Origin: Bacilli bacterium
Lineage (GTDB): Bacteria; Bacillota_I; Bacilli_A; ML615J-28; CAG-698
Assembly: GCA_050953065.1 (NCBI GenBank)
Contig: JBMNLZ010000003.1
Location: 256,001-320,000 of the forward strand
Direction of reading: 5' to 3'
DNA length: 64,000 nucleotides
Below are positions 10,658 to 20,379 of the stretch, one piece after another; within the stretch, counting starts at the first letter, position 1; each line of letters opens with the position of its first letter. The notes beneath the pieces were generated by a model. That model made no database searches and had not been told where the DNA came from. It saw only the letters and a list, made by a program, of their open reading frames with translations. Made by a program: the position numbers and the translations under genes.

Positions 10658-12895
10658 ATGAAATATATTATCAAATTTCGTCATATTATATTTGGTCTTG
10701 CAATAGTTTTATTTGTTATAGGAATCTTTATGATTACGAAAGTAAAAATTAACTATGATGGAACCGTTTATTTACCAGACAACACTAATACTAAACAAGC
10801 ACTTGTTGTGATGGAAAAAGAATTTGGAAATTATGGTGCTTGTGAGGTTATGGTAGATAACATCTCACAATTAGAGGCCCAAAGTGTTTTTCAAAGTTTA
10901 AATGAAACTGAAGGTATTAGGCAAGCAGAGTTTTATGCAAATCAAGAGGGCTATTATCAAAACAACAAAGCTCTTTATAAAATCATCTTTAATAGTGGAA
11001 CATATGATGATGAGACAAATGAAACACTCGACAGAATTAAAACCCTATTAGCAGATTATGACATTTATTTAAGAGGTGAATCTGTTACTTCTATTGCCTA
11101 TAACAATGTCCTTCAAGATGAAATTATAAAAATTGTTGCTATTCTTCTACCTATCGTTTTAATAATTTTATTCTTGATGACTACTTCTTGGATAGAACCA
11201 TTATTATTTGTTATTGTAGTTTTAGTAGCTGTTTTGATTAATATGGGAACAAATGTCTTTTTCCCAAGCGTATCTTATATGACTCATGCAACATGCGGGA
11301 TTTTACAACTAGCCCTTTGTATGGATTATGCCGTGATGATGCTTAGTTCCTATAAAGCAGCAAGAGAAAAAACAGATGATGTCAAAAAAGCTGTTAAAAT
11401 TGCTAGCCGTGAAAGTTTCTTGCCAGTTCTTGCAAGTATGCTAACAACCGTAGCTGGATTTGTTGCATTACTATTTATGAAATATACTATTGGATTTGAT
11501 GTAGGTATAGTTTTAATTAAAGGAACACTATTAAGTTTTGCATCTACATTTTTATTAATGCCTGGTTTAATTGTTATCTTTGCTAAACTTCTTGAAAAAA
11601 CAAAACATCGTTCAATTTTTAGACAAGTTAAAATGACTTATAAATTCCTTTATAAAACAAGATTTATTTTGCCTGTTGCTGCTGTTATATTAATTGGCGT
11701 TTGTTTCTTTGTTCAACAAAAAAATACTTTTGACTATAGTGAAACAAAAATAGTTTATGAAAGTCCAACTTTAGGTGTTGATTATAATAAAATTAAAGAT
11801 ACCTTTGGCTTTAATAACAATCTAGTAATTCTCGTTCCAAAAGGCCTTGAAAAAGAAGCTGCCTTGATGGAAGAATTACAACCATTACTTACAGAAGTTG
11901 AAGCAAAGACAGTAATTACTCCATTAATCTTCTACACCCCTTATACAAAGATGGAATTTACTAATCTTTTAAGGAGTTTTGGTGCAGATCAAGAAGCTAT
12001 TGATGGATTAAGTAGCATCTTTGATTTAATGATAATCAATTCAGGTGGAACTAAAACAACCTTTTCAGTTGTTGAAATGGTTGAGTTTGTTCAAACAACA
12101 GCATTCTTAACAGATGAACAAAAAGCTGAATTAGAACCTTTTGTTATAATGATGAATCAAGCAAAAGCTGAATTAGAAGGTACAGAATATGATCGCTTCT
12201 TAATCGTTACTGATATGGCATCTGAATGCGATGAAGTTTTTAAGTTCATAGATGATGTTGAAACAATTGTTCTTAAGCATTACGAAGAATACTATTTATT
12301 AGGAGATAGCGTTGGTATTAAAGATGTCAAAACTATCATTGATTCTGATTATTGGAAAATAACTATTATCACTGTAGTTTTAGTTTTTGTTATAATTTTA
12401 TTTAGTTTTAGAAATATCTTTATACCAATATTCTTAGTTTTCTTAATTTTAGGTGCAACATGGATTAATATGTCAGTTCCTGTATTGCTTGGAACTAACC
12501 TATTATATGTAGGTTACATTGTAGTAAGTAGCATTATGCTCGGAGCAACCATTGACTATGCAATTCTTTATACTCATAAATATCAAGAAAAGCGCCTAAT
12601 ATATGATAATAAAATTCAAGCAATGGAAGAAGCTTTCTTTGAAGCAAAACACACAGTATTAACTTCAGGACTTATTCTAATTTTTGCAGGATATTCTTTA
12701 GGGTTTATCTCTACAATTCCATCTGTTGCTGTTTTCGGCTCTTTAATTGGAAGAGGTGCTATAGCTTCAGTTGTACTTGTATTGTTTGTTTTACCACAAA
12801 TTCTATTTGTTTGCGATAAAATCGTTGTTAAGAAAAATAAAAAAGAAATTATAGCTGAAGATAACATAGAAAAGAAAGAAGAATCTTTGGAATAA
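10658..12895 (+). CDS. MMPL/RND family transporter
   Basis: Two repeats of 1 TM + external loop + 5 TM, with LALCMDYA and LGATIDYA motifs. Confidence 0.88.
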   Translation: MKYIIKFRHIIFGLAIVLFVIGIFMITKVKINYDGTVYLPDNTNTKQALVVMEKEFGNYGACEVMVDNISQLEAQSVFQSLNETEGIRQAEFYANQEGYYQNNKALYKIIFNSGTYDDETNETLDRIKTLLADYDIYLRGESVTSIAYNNVLQDEIIKIVAILLPIVLIILFLMTTSWIEPLLFVIVVLVAVLINMGTNVFFPSVSYMTHATCGILQLALCMDYAVMMLSSYKAAREKTDDVKKAVKIASRESFLPVLASMLTTVAGFVALLFMKYTIGFDVGIVLIKGTLLSFASTFLLMPGLIVIFAKLLEKTKHRSIFRQVKMTYKFLYKTRFILPVAAVILIGVCFFVQQKNTFDYSETKIVYESPTLGVDYNKIKDTFGFNNNLVILVPKGLEKEAALMEELQPLLTEVEAKTVITPLIFYTPYTKMEFTNLLRSFGADQEAIDGLSSIFDLMIINSGGTKTTFSVVEMVEFVQTTAFLTDEQKAELEPFVIMMNQAKAELEGTEYDRFLIVTDMASECDEVFKFIDDVETIVLKHYEEYYLLGDSVGIKDVKTIIDSDYWKITIITVVLVFVIILFSFRNIFIPIFLVFLILGATWINMSVPVLLGTNLLYVGYIVVSSIMLGATIDYAILYTHKYQEKRLIYDNKIQAMEEAFFEAKHTVLTSGLILIFAGYSLGFISTIPSVAVFGSLIGRGAIASVVLVLFVLPQILFVCDKIVVKKNKKEIIAEDNIEKKEESLE

Positions 12896-12914
12896 TCCTC
12901 CTTTTATATAATGG

Positions 12915-12947
12915 AAAAGCCCTATCTTTTTTAAGATAAGGCTTTTT
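12915..12947. terminator. Bidirectional terminator between convergent genes
   Basis: AAAAGCC.TATCTT-tt-AAGATAAGGCTTTTT hairpin. Confidence 0.6.
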
Positions 12948-12952
12948 CTTTT

Positions 12953-13108
12953 TTATTCTTCATTATTTTTACTTTCTTCATTTTGTTCTTTTGGTCTTGT
13001 AATATGATTTAAAATTACAATTCCAAAAAATATAATTGTTATAGCAATAAAAGTTGCTAACATTCCTTTCCATAAAATCTCAAGTGCTTGCATAAAATAT
13101 TTCTCCAT
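12953..13108 (-). CDS. OadG-like small single-TM subunit (51 aa, not in the ORF track)
   Basis: MEKYFMQALEILWKGMLATFIAITIIFFGIVILNHITRPKEQNEESKNNEE. RBS GGAGGGG. Directly downstream of oadB. Confidence 0.7.
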   Translation of the reverse strand: MEKYFMQALEILWKGMLATFIAITIIFFGIVILNHITRPKEQNEESKNNEE

Positions 13109-13117
13109 ATTCCCCTC

Positions 13118-14254
13118 CTACAATAATCCTGGAACAATATAAAGAATTACTCCACCAACTATAACAGAAGCAATTTGTCCTGCAACGTTTGCTCCAACAG
13201 CAAACATTAATAGGTGGTTAGTTGGATCTTCTTTAAGTCCCATTTTTTGAATAACTCTTGCAGACATTGGGAAAGCTGAAATTCCAGCTGCACCAATCAT
13301 TGGATTTATTTTCTTTCTACTAAATATATTAATTAGTTTTCCAAATAAAACTCCACCAATTGAATCAAAAATGAAAGCAAACAATCCTAATCCCATAATT
13401 AAAATAGTTTCTAATGCAACAAAACTTTCTGCTTGCATACTAAATGAGATAGTAATTCCAAGTAATAATGTAATAAGATTTGCTAAAACCTTACTAGCAG
13501 TTTCTGACAAGCTATCTAATACGCCACATTCTTTAATTAAGTTACCAAACATCAAAAATCCTACTAAAGAAACTGACGCTGGAGCAATTAATCCTGCAAC
13601 AATGGTAACTACAATTGGAAAAAATATCCTTGTAGTTTTACTAACGTTTTGTGGATCATAATCCATTTTAATACTTCTTTCTTTTTTTGTTGTAACTAAC
13701 TTAATAGCAAACGGTTGAATTACAGGTACAAGTGCCATATAAGAATATGCTGCTATTGCTATTGCTCCTACATAATTGCTTTTTAGCACTCTTGAGACGA
13801 GAATTGAGGTTGGTCCATCAGCTGCTCCAATTATACCAATTGAGGCAGCATCTCTTAACTCAAAGCCAAGTAATACCGCTAAAATAATAACTATAAAAAT
13901 TCCTATTTGAGCCGCTGCTCCAAAGAATATTAATTTTGGATTTGAAAGTAACGGTCCAAAATCAATCATTGCGCCAATTCCAATAAAAAGTAATAACGGT
14001 AATGCTTCTGATGCATCAATTCCCACATCAAATAACCAAGATATAATACCTGTAGCTTCAGTTCCATCAGCTAATGTTTGAGTTAAAACTCCAGAATTAG
14101 GCAAGTTAACTAAAATTGCACCAAATCCCATTGGTAAAAGTAGGGCAGGTTCCATTTCTTTTCTAATTGCTAAATAAATTAGAATAAACCCTACTATGTA
14201 CATTACTATTTGTTGCCATGTGATTTGGGTAATCCCTTCATATAAAAAACCCAT
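13118..14254 (-). CDS. oadB: Sodium ion-translocating decarboxylase beta subunit (OadB/GcdB/MmdB)
   Basis: EPALLLPMGFG, IGIIGAADGPT, AYSYMALVP and GISAFPMSAR motifs. Confidence 0.92.
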   Translation of the reverse strand: MGFLYEGITQITWQQIVMYIVGFILIYLAIRKEMEPALLLPMGFGAILVNLPNSGVLTQTLADGTEATGIISWLFDVGIDASEALPLLLFIGIGAMIDFGPLLSNPKLIFFGAAAQIGIFIVIILAVLLGFELRDAASIGIIGAADGPTSILVSRVLKSNYVGAIAIAAYSYMALVPVIQPFAIKLVTTKKERSIKMDYDPQNVSKTTRIFFPIVVTIVAGLIAPASVSLVGFLMFGNLIKECGVLDSLSETASKVLANLITLLLGITISFSMQAESFVALETILIMGLGLFAFIFDSIGGVLFGKLINIFSRKKINPMIGAAGISAFPMSARVIQKMGLKEDPTNHLLMFAVGANVAGQIASVIVGGVILYIVPGLL

Positions 14255-14303
14255 TAATTGTCTCCTTACTTTAAAATTTTTTAACTTGTTTACTAAATAC
14301 TAT

Positions 14304-14337
14304 TAAAACAGAATATTTTAACAATATTCTGTTTTAA
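14304..14337. terminator. Hairpin between hppA and oadB
   Basis: TAAAACAGAATATT...AATATTCTGTTTTA inverted repeat. Confidence 0.5.
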
Positions 14338-14366
14338 ATAGTCTATTATTATTTGTTTTTCTAATT

Positions 14367-16472
14367 CTAGAAAATACTATACATTAAGAATAACATTGCC
14401 ATTAATGATGCAATTAATGAAACAACTGTAATTTGAGTGTTAATAGAAGGTCCAGCTGTATCTTTAAATGGATCACCAATAGTATCACCTACTACTGCAG
14501 ATTTATGAGCCACACTTCCTTTTCCACCGTTATTTCCAGCTTCAACATATTTCTTAGCATTATCCCAAGTTCCACCAGCATTAGACATATATAAAGCTAA
14601 GAATAATCCTACTACGATATTTCCTAATAAGAATCCACCAATAGCTTTAACTCCGCCTAAGAATCCTACTACTAAAGTAGCGATAATTGTAAAGCCTCCA
14701 GCGATCATTAATTCTCTAATAGCTCCACTAGTTGCAATAGCGATACATTTATCATATTCAGGTTCAACACCTGCTTTACCTTCTTTTAAACCAGGAATTT
14801 CTTCAAATTGACGATGAATTTCTGTTAACATTCTTTGAGCATTCTTATCAACACCTCTAATTAATAAAGCAGAGAATACCGCAGGAATTGTTGCTCCGAT
14901 TAAAATACCAAAGAACACAACTGGGTCAAGTACGTCAAAGCCTGTTAATAATTCATATGTTCCAACTCCTTGATGCATAAGTCTTTCTATAATATCATTT
15001 ACTTCTGCAAGAAAAGCACCAAGTAGAGAAATTACAGTAAGTCCTGCTGCAGAAATTGCAAATCCTTTTGTAATAGCTTTTACAGTATTTCCAGCACTGT
15101 CTAATTCATCAGTGATTGCAATAACCTCATCAGTAAGTCCACCCATTTCAGCTAAACCTCTAGCATTATCAACAATTGGTCCGTAAGCGTCATTTGAAAC
15201 AATCATCGCAACAATTGATAACATACCAACAGCTGCCATTGAAATACCAAGCATACCAGATGTTACATCACCACTAATAGGGAAACAAATCTTATATGAT
15301 AATAATGCTGATAAAGCAATTCCAACCATTGCAGGGAATGAACTTAAGAATCCATAACTAGTACCTGATAATACTGTAAATGCAGGGCCTAATTCAGATG
15401 CTTTAGCAACATTTTGAACCGGTTTCTTTTCATCATTTGTAAAGTAATCAGTAGTAATGCCAATTACTACACCAACTAATAATCCAATTACAGTTGCACC
15501 CCAAATACGCCATTTATCTACTAAAGGAATGATTAAAGTTGCAATTGCAGTTAATCCAACAAATAAACCAGTTGTAATATAAGTAGTTAAGTTTAATGCA
15601 CGTGTAGGATTTCCTGATTCACCAATTCTAGCTAGAATAACACCAACAATTGATGCTAATAATCCAAGTGATGCATAACAGAAAATAATTGGAACAAAAT
15701 TAGCACCTACTGCTGCGGATACAACTGCAGCAATTGTAATAGTTGCAGCAAATGCAGCAACATTAGAGTCAAATAAGTCAGCACCCATTCCCGCAACATC
15801 ACCAACGTTATCACCAACGTTATCAGCAATAACCGCAGGGTTTCTTGGGTCATCTTCTGGAATTCCTAATTCAACTTTTCCAGCAAGGTCAGCACTGATA
15901 TCAGCAGTTTTTGTAAAGATACCACCACCAACTTTAGCAAATAAAGCCAGTGAACTAGCACCAAAACTAAATCCAAGCAAAACTGTAGCATCTTTTGTAA
16001 TCCAGTAAACAGCAGTTACACCGATAAGACCTAAGCCAACTACTGCCATGCCCATAACACTTCCACCTCTAAAGCCAACATTAAAAGCAGTTTTAATGCC
16101 GTCTTTTGCAGCCTCAGCACACTTTCCATTGGCATCAGTTGCAACTTCAAGCCCTATAACACCAGCTACTGCAGAAAGAACTGTACCAAGAATATAAGCT
16201 ACTGCCATATAAATGTTTTCTTTTATAACAGCTTCAGCTTTCCAAATTGGTGTTGGCAAGAAAACAAAAATTAACACAACAGCTACTAAAACAAATCTTA
16301 ATAATACTAGGTACTCTTTCTTTAAAAAAGTTCTTGCCCCTCTTTTAATTAGTTTACCTACTCTTTGGATTTCAGCATTCTCAGATGGTTGTTTTTTAAT
16401 CCATCTAAAAAATACGAAAGCCACCACAAACGATGCGGCAGATACAACAAGCGCCAAAATATAAAATACCAT
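14367..16472 (-). CDS. hppA: Membrane-bound H+/Na+-translocating pyrophosphatase
   Basis: GGGIFTKTADISADLAGKVE, EDDPRNPAVIADNVGDNVGD, DAYGPIVDNA, GGTWDNAKK and GDTIGDPFKDTAGP. GNTVKA carries Lys at the K+-dependence position. Confidence 0.95.
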   Translation of the reverse strand: MVFYILALVVSAASFVVAFVFFRWIKKQPSENAEIQRVGKLIKRGARTFLKKEYLVLLRFVLVAVVLIFVFLPTPIWKAEAVIKENIYMAVAYILGTVLSAVAGVIGLEVATDANGKCAEAAKDGIKTAFNVGFRGGSVMGMAVVGLGLIGVTAVYWITKDATVLLGFSFGASSLALFAKVGGGIFTKTADISADLAGKVELGIPEDDPRNPAVIADNVGDNVGDVAGMGADLFDSNVAAFAATITIAAVVSAAVGANFVPIIFCYASLGLLASIVGVILARIGESGNPTRALNLTTYITTGLFVGLTAIATLIIPLVDKWRIWGATVIGLLVGVVIGITTDYFTNDEKKPVQNVAKASELGPAFTVLSGTSYGFLSSFPAMVGIALSALLSYKICFPISGDVTSGMLGISMAAVGMLSIVAMIVSNDAYGPIVDNARGLAEMGGLTDEVIAITDELDSAGNTVKAITKGFAISAAGLTVISLLGAFLAEVNDIIERLMHQGVGTYELLTGFDVLDPVVFFGILIGATIPAVFSALLIRGVDKNAQRMLTEIHRQFEEIPGLKEGKAGVEPEYDKCIAIATSGAIRELMIAGGFTIIATLVVGFLGGVKAIGGFLLGNIVVGLFLALYMSNAGGTWDNAKKYVEAGNNGGKGSVAHKSAVVGDTIGDPFKDTAGPSINTQITVVSLIASLMAMLFLMYSIF

Positions 16473-16555
16473 TTTTCTCCTCCTTTGATATTCTTTTATA
16501 TTTTTAACACTAAATAATAAATAATTTATTATTATGTTAATGACCTAAAATTAAT

Positions 16556-16747
16556 TTTAAATTTAAAAAGTGGACATAGTCCACCCACACTTGACAGACT
16601 CCACCTAATTAAAACAATTATTTAAATTTAAAAAGTGGACATAGTCCACCCACACTTGACAGACTCCACCTAATTAAAAACAGTATTTAATTTAAAAAGT
16701 GGACATAGTCCACCCAAGCTTGACAGACTCCACCTTAATTTAAAACA
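16556..16747 (-). ncRNA. Three tandem riboswitch-like units (about 65-nt period), each an aptamer stem plus intrinsic terminator; probably Na+-I (DUF1646) class
   Basis: Minus-strand unit AGGUGGAGUCUGUCAAG(UG/CU)UGGGUGGACUAUGUCCACUUUUU. Plus-strand unit starts at 16565, 16630 and 16694. Terminator GUGGAC-UAU-GUCCAC-U5 is mutually exclusive with stem AGUCUGUC/GGUGGACU. Located in the hppA leader. Confidence 0.7.
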
Positions 16748-17007
16748 GTTATTATATAAACACATCCACGTTTAAAATTGTATCACTTAATTATTTTAAA
16801 ATCAAGTAGTTTTTACTTTTTATTACACGTGTAAATTTTTAAAATTATTTAAGCTATCATTTCTATCAAGATTAAAAATAGAGATTCATACTTTAAAATT
16901 TTTTTACTTAACTTTTAATAAAAAATGCAAATTAATCAAGACTTTTCTCAATTTAATTTGCATTTTTATACTCTTTTTGCAAATTAAATTTAATTTTAAT
17001 TTGCAGT

Positions 17008-18042
17008 TTATTTTAAATATTTAATCCAATTATTTAATGATTTAACACTTCTTAAATATCCTTTAACTTCAGGACTATATAGCATTGAATTATAAATTGC
17101 TTCTTCTGTTGCTTCTACTACTGCTTGAAATAAAAGATTAAGATGTTTTTGAGATAAAACATTTTGTGTTAAAAAACTAGCATCATCTGTTGCACTAATA
17201 GTATTTGCAGTAGTAAATCCTACAAAAACATCTCCACTACCATGACCTACATAAGAACCCGTTCTTCCTATTGCAATACTTGCTCTTTTAACAATTCGCC
17301 TCAAACTATTATTATCAAGTCCAATATCAGTTGCAACTACTACTATAATAGAACCTTTATCTTCTTCACCTTTTGAAGATTCTTTTTGAATCTCTTTACC
17401 AATTGGTTTACCATTAACAATTAAATCTTTACTACTAGAATGTCCAAAGTTAGAATTTATCAAAACTCCTAAAGTGTAAGTTTTATCATCAATTACTATT
17501 TCTCTAGAGCTAGAGCCAATTCCCCCCTTTAACCCATGACAAATCATTCCAGCACCTGCTCCAATACTTCCTTGGAAGTTATTAGTATTAGCAGAGGTTA
17601 TAGCTTCTTTTACGTCTTCAAACGTAACAGCTATTTTTCTTATATTATTTAATTTACCATCATTACATTCTAAAACTATTGGATTAACTGTGCCAAGTGA
17701 AAGTCCTAGTTCAGGATTTTCATCAATTAAAATCCTGACTAAAGAATCACTTACCTCTCCAACAGCTAAAGTATTAGTTAACATAATTGGTGTTTCAATT
17801 GTTCCAAGTTCATCTATTTGCATTAGACCAACTGATTTACCATAGCCATTCATAACATATGAACTTGCGATAACTTTATTTAAATAAACATTTTCTTTGT
17901 GTGGCAATATCGCAGTGACACCAGTTCTAATGCCATCTTCAGCAATTAATGTTTTATGACCTACTAAAACTCCTTTAACATCGCAAATATGATTTAGTTT
18001 ACCTGGATTTAATTCTCCAACTTTAATTATTCTTTCACTCAT
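17008..18042 (-). CDS. P1 family peptidase (DmpA/S58)
   Basis: DVKGVLVGH, RTGVTAI, GAGAGM..GLKGGIGSSSR, KGSII and GHGSGD motifs. Confidence 0.9.
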   Translation of the reverse strand: MSERIIKVGELNPGKLNHICDVKGVLVGHKTLIAEDGIRTGVTAILPHKENVYLNKVIASSYVMNGYGKSVGLMQIDELGTIETPIMLTNTLAVGEVSDSLVRILIDENPELGLSLGTVNPIVLECNDGKLNNIRKIAVTFEDVKEAITSANTNNFQGSIGAGAGMICHGLKGGIGSSSREIVIDDKTYTLGVLINSNFGHSSSKDLIVNGKPIGKEIQKESSKGEEDKGSIIVVVATDIGLDNNSLRRIVKRASIAIGRTGSYVGHGSGDVFVGFTTANTISATDDASFLTQNVLSQKHLNLLFQAVVEATEEAIYNSMLYSPEVKGYLRSVKSLNNWIKYLK

Positions 18043-18752
18043 TCTTTTTCACCTTTTAAAGGATAACCTAATTTTTTTATAGTACGTTTTGCTAATACAT
18101 CAATTGAACTAATATATTTTTTATTTAAATCTAAATTTTCTACTATTAAAGGAAGTTCAGTACAACCTAGAATAAAATGTTTTAAGTTCTTTTTTTCTAA
18201 AGAGTTAATTAAAGACTTAAACTTTTCTAATACTTTTTTAGTAACTCCTTCTTCTTTAACTAAATAAATTATTTCACTTACCTTGTTTTGTTCTTCTAGA
18301 TTTGTTTCATAACAAAAAATTCCTGCTTGATTTAATTTTTCCTTATAACTTGGAAAAAGTCTTAAGCCTTCAGTTCCTAAAATTGCAAGGCCTTCTTGCA
18401 AGTTAGGATTTTCTTTTATTTCTTCAACAACTTCTTCTATCATATGATAGATTGGTATAGATACATCTTTTTTTAACTTTTCATAACAAAAGTGTGCAGT
18501 GTTACATGCAATGATAATTGCATCAACATTTGAATTTTCTAAAAAGATTGCAGATTCTTTTATAAAAGGATATGGATCTTTTCCTTTTCCTGTTAGAAAG
18601 GCGGTTCTATCTAAAATCTCAGTTTTATTATCTATTATGATTGGAATATGGTCTTGATCTTTTAAAGCGTTAGTTAATTCAATAATTCTCTTATAAAGAT
18701 ACGCACTAGCAAGAGGTCCCATTCCACCAATTATTCCTAATTTTTTATTCAT
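18039..18752 (-). CDS. Aspartate/amino-acid racemase
   Basis: GIIGGMGP, DQDH, IACNTAH and LGCTELP (two catalytic Cys). Confidence 0.9.
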   Translation of the reverse strand: MNKKLGIIGGMGPLASAYLYKRIIELTNALKDQDHIPIIIDNKTEILDRTAFLTGKGKDPYPFIKESAIFLENSNVDAIIIACNTAHFCYEKLKKDVSIPIYHMIEEVVEEIKENPNLQEGLAILGTEGLRLFPSYKEKLNQAGIFCYETNLEEQNKVSEIIYLVKEEGVTKKVLEKFKSLINSLEKKNLKHFILGCTELPLIVENLDLNKKYISSIDVLAKRTIKKLGYPLKGEKE

Positions 18753-18832
18753 AACTTTTAGCCTTTCTTAATATAAACATCTCATTATATTATAATCATT
18801 TAAATTAATTTAAGCAAGTTATTATATTATTT

Positions 18833-18893
18833 TGCAAGTGATTTGTTGGAATTCTTGCAAGTGATTTGTTGTGTTTTCTGCAAGTGATTTGTT
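18833..18893. repeat. Three direct repeats TGCAAGTGATTTGTT with 23-bp period
   Basis: Copies start at 18833, 18856 and 18879, upstream of the racemase/dmpA operon. Confidence 0.85.
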
Positions 18894-18944
18894 ATAAATA
18901 AATAAGCAAACCTTTTAGATTTGCTTAATATAGGCTTTTATAGA

Positions 18945-19946
18945 TTACTCTGTAAAAGCAGTTATTACAGCTGAAAAAGCAAACTTCTTTACTGATTCAA
19001 CATTATTAAGGGCTGATTCTTTTGTTGTGAATGATTCACCTGAATAAATACCAGTACTTCCTGCCCCTCTTAAAATAAATCTAAACTTTCCAAACTTATC
19101 TTCTTCTATGAAAAAGTTCTCTCCAAAGACAGCTTTTTTAAAAGTTTCAATTCCTGCTTGTGCACCTGCTAAAGTTGTATATGGTCTACTTGTATAAAGT
19201 AGTTGGCCATTATTGGCAATCAAATAGAAGTGATATCCTTCTGGACCTTTTTCAAATTCATATTTTCCAAGTGGTTTAATATCTTGAGATAAGAATTTAT
19301 TATAAAAATCCTCATCAAAAGGTTTAATTTCTTTTTTTGTTTCTTCATATAGTTTTTCTTTTTCTGGATTAGATGCATAATGTAGTATTTGAGCATCAAA
19401 TGCAAATCTTTTAACTGAGTTAATACCATTCTCACAAGATGCTTTATTATCATAGTTCTCACCAATATATCTTTTACTTAAGATATATCTATAACGATTA
19501 AACTTATCTTTATAAACTACAAAGTCATCTTCTTCAACTGCTTTTTTAAAAGTATCAATTCCACTTAAGGCACCTTGTGCAGTAGTAAATGCATAACTGT
19601 CAAATAAGATTTGACCGTTACTTGCGATTAAAGTAAAGTGATATCCATCGCGTCTTAAAGTGATTTCATATTTACCTAAATATTTAGTTTGGTCTAGTTT
19701 TTTCTTTGAAGTAGTTTTTGGCTTTTTAGGTTTTGAAGTAGTTTCTACTTCTTTAGTAGGTATCTTTTCTACTATATCTTGTTTTTCTTCATCTTTGTTT
19801 GTTTCAGCATTAGATTTTAAAGCTTTCTTTTTTTTAGCTTTTTTCCCCATTACAATAAATAGTATTATAAAAAATATAACTCCTAAACCAATTTCAATAT
19901 ACAATTCATATTTTTCTATAAAATCAATAATTACTTGAAAATCCAT
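18945..19946 (-). CDS. Membrane-anchored YegP/DUF1508-repeat protein
   Basis: N-terminal TM, Lys-rich linker, duplicated GKYE...YHF.LIA.NGQ.L..S..Y...GI..FKKA domains. Confidence 0.75.
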   Translation of the reverse strand: MDFQVIIDFIEKYELYIEIGLGVIFFIILFIVMGKKAKKKKALKSNAETNKDEEKQDIVEKIPTKEVETTSKPKKPKTTSKKKLDQTKYLGKYEITLRRDGYHFTLIASNGQILFDSYAFTTAQGALSGIDTFKKAVEEDDFVVYKDKFNRYRYILSKRYIGENYDNKASCENGINSVKRFAFDAQILHYASNPEKEKLYEETKKEIKPFDEDFYNKFLSQDIKPLGKYEFEKGPEGYHFYLIANNGQLLYTSRPYTTLAGAQAGIETFKKAVFGENFFIEEDKFGKFRFILRGAGSTGIYSGESFTTKESALNNVESVKKFAFSAVITAFTE

Positions 19947-20070
19947 ATTTGTTCCTTTCCTAATTTATGAATATTTTATCACCTATTATATAATATCAAA
20001 TATTCATACATTTAACAATTAAAAAGCTTTTTAATAAAAAAAAGTTTTAAATTATCATTTTTAAAATAAG

Positions 20071-20298
20071 TTATTTTTGTCTTTTAAAAACACAAATAAG
20101 TGATGCACTGCTTCCATAATCTTTATTTGAAGTTGCAACAGTAACTAGTTCCCAGCCTTGAGAACCATATTTGTTTAATTCTTTTTCAATTTCATCCGAA
20201 TTAAATTTTCCACCTCGAAAAGATTTTGTTTCTTTAATTACAATTGTTTTATATTCCCACATAAGTTTAACCCCTTTTATAATTATCTTTAATAGCAT
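20071..20298 (-). CDS. DUF4177 small protein
   Basis: WEYKT...LNKYGSQGWELV...FKR. Likely start is MWEYK. Confidence 0.8.
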   Translation of the reverse strand: MLLKIIIKGVKLMWEYKTIVIKETKSFRGGKFNSDEIEKELNKYGSQGWELVTVATSNKDYGSSASLICVFKRQK

Positions 20299-20379
20299 TT
20301 TATCATTTTTAGAAGTTTTTTACAATCCTTTAAATCCTAATAAAAAAGTTTAAGTGCTTGCTAATGCAAGCACTTATGG

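Noticed and set aside
16556-16747. CRISPR array
   Set aside because: Units are near-identical over their whole length with no unique spacers and no cas genes. Terminator architecture explains them better.
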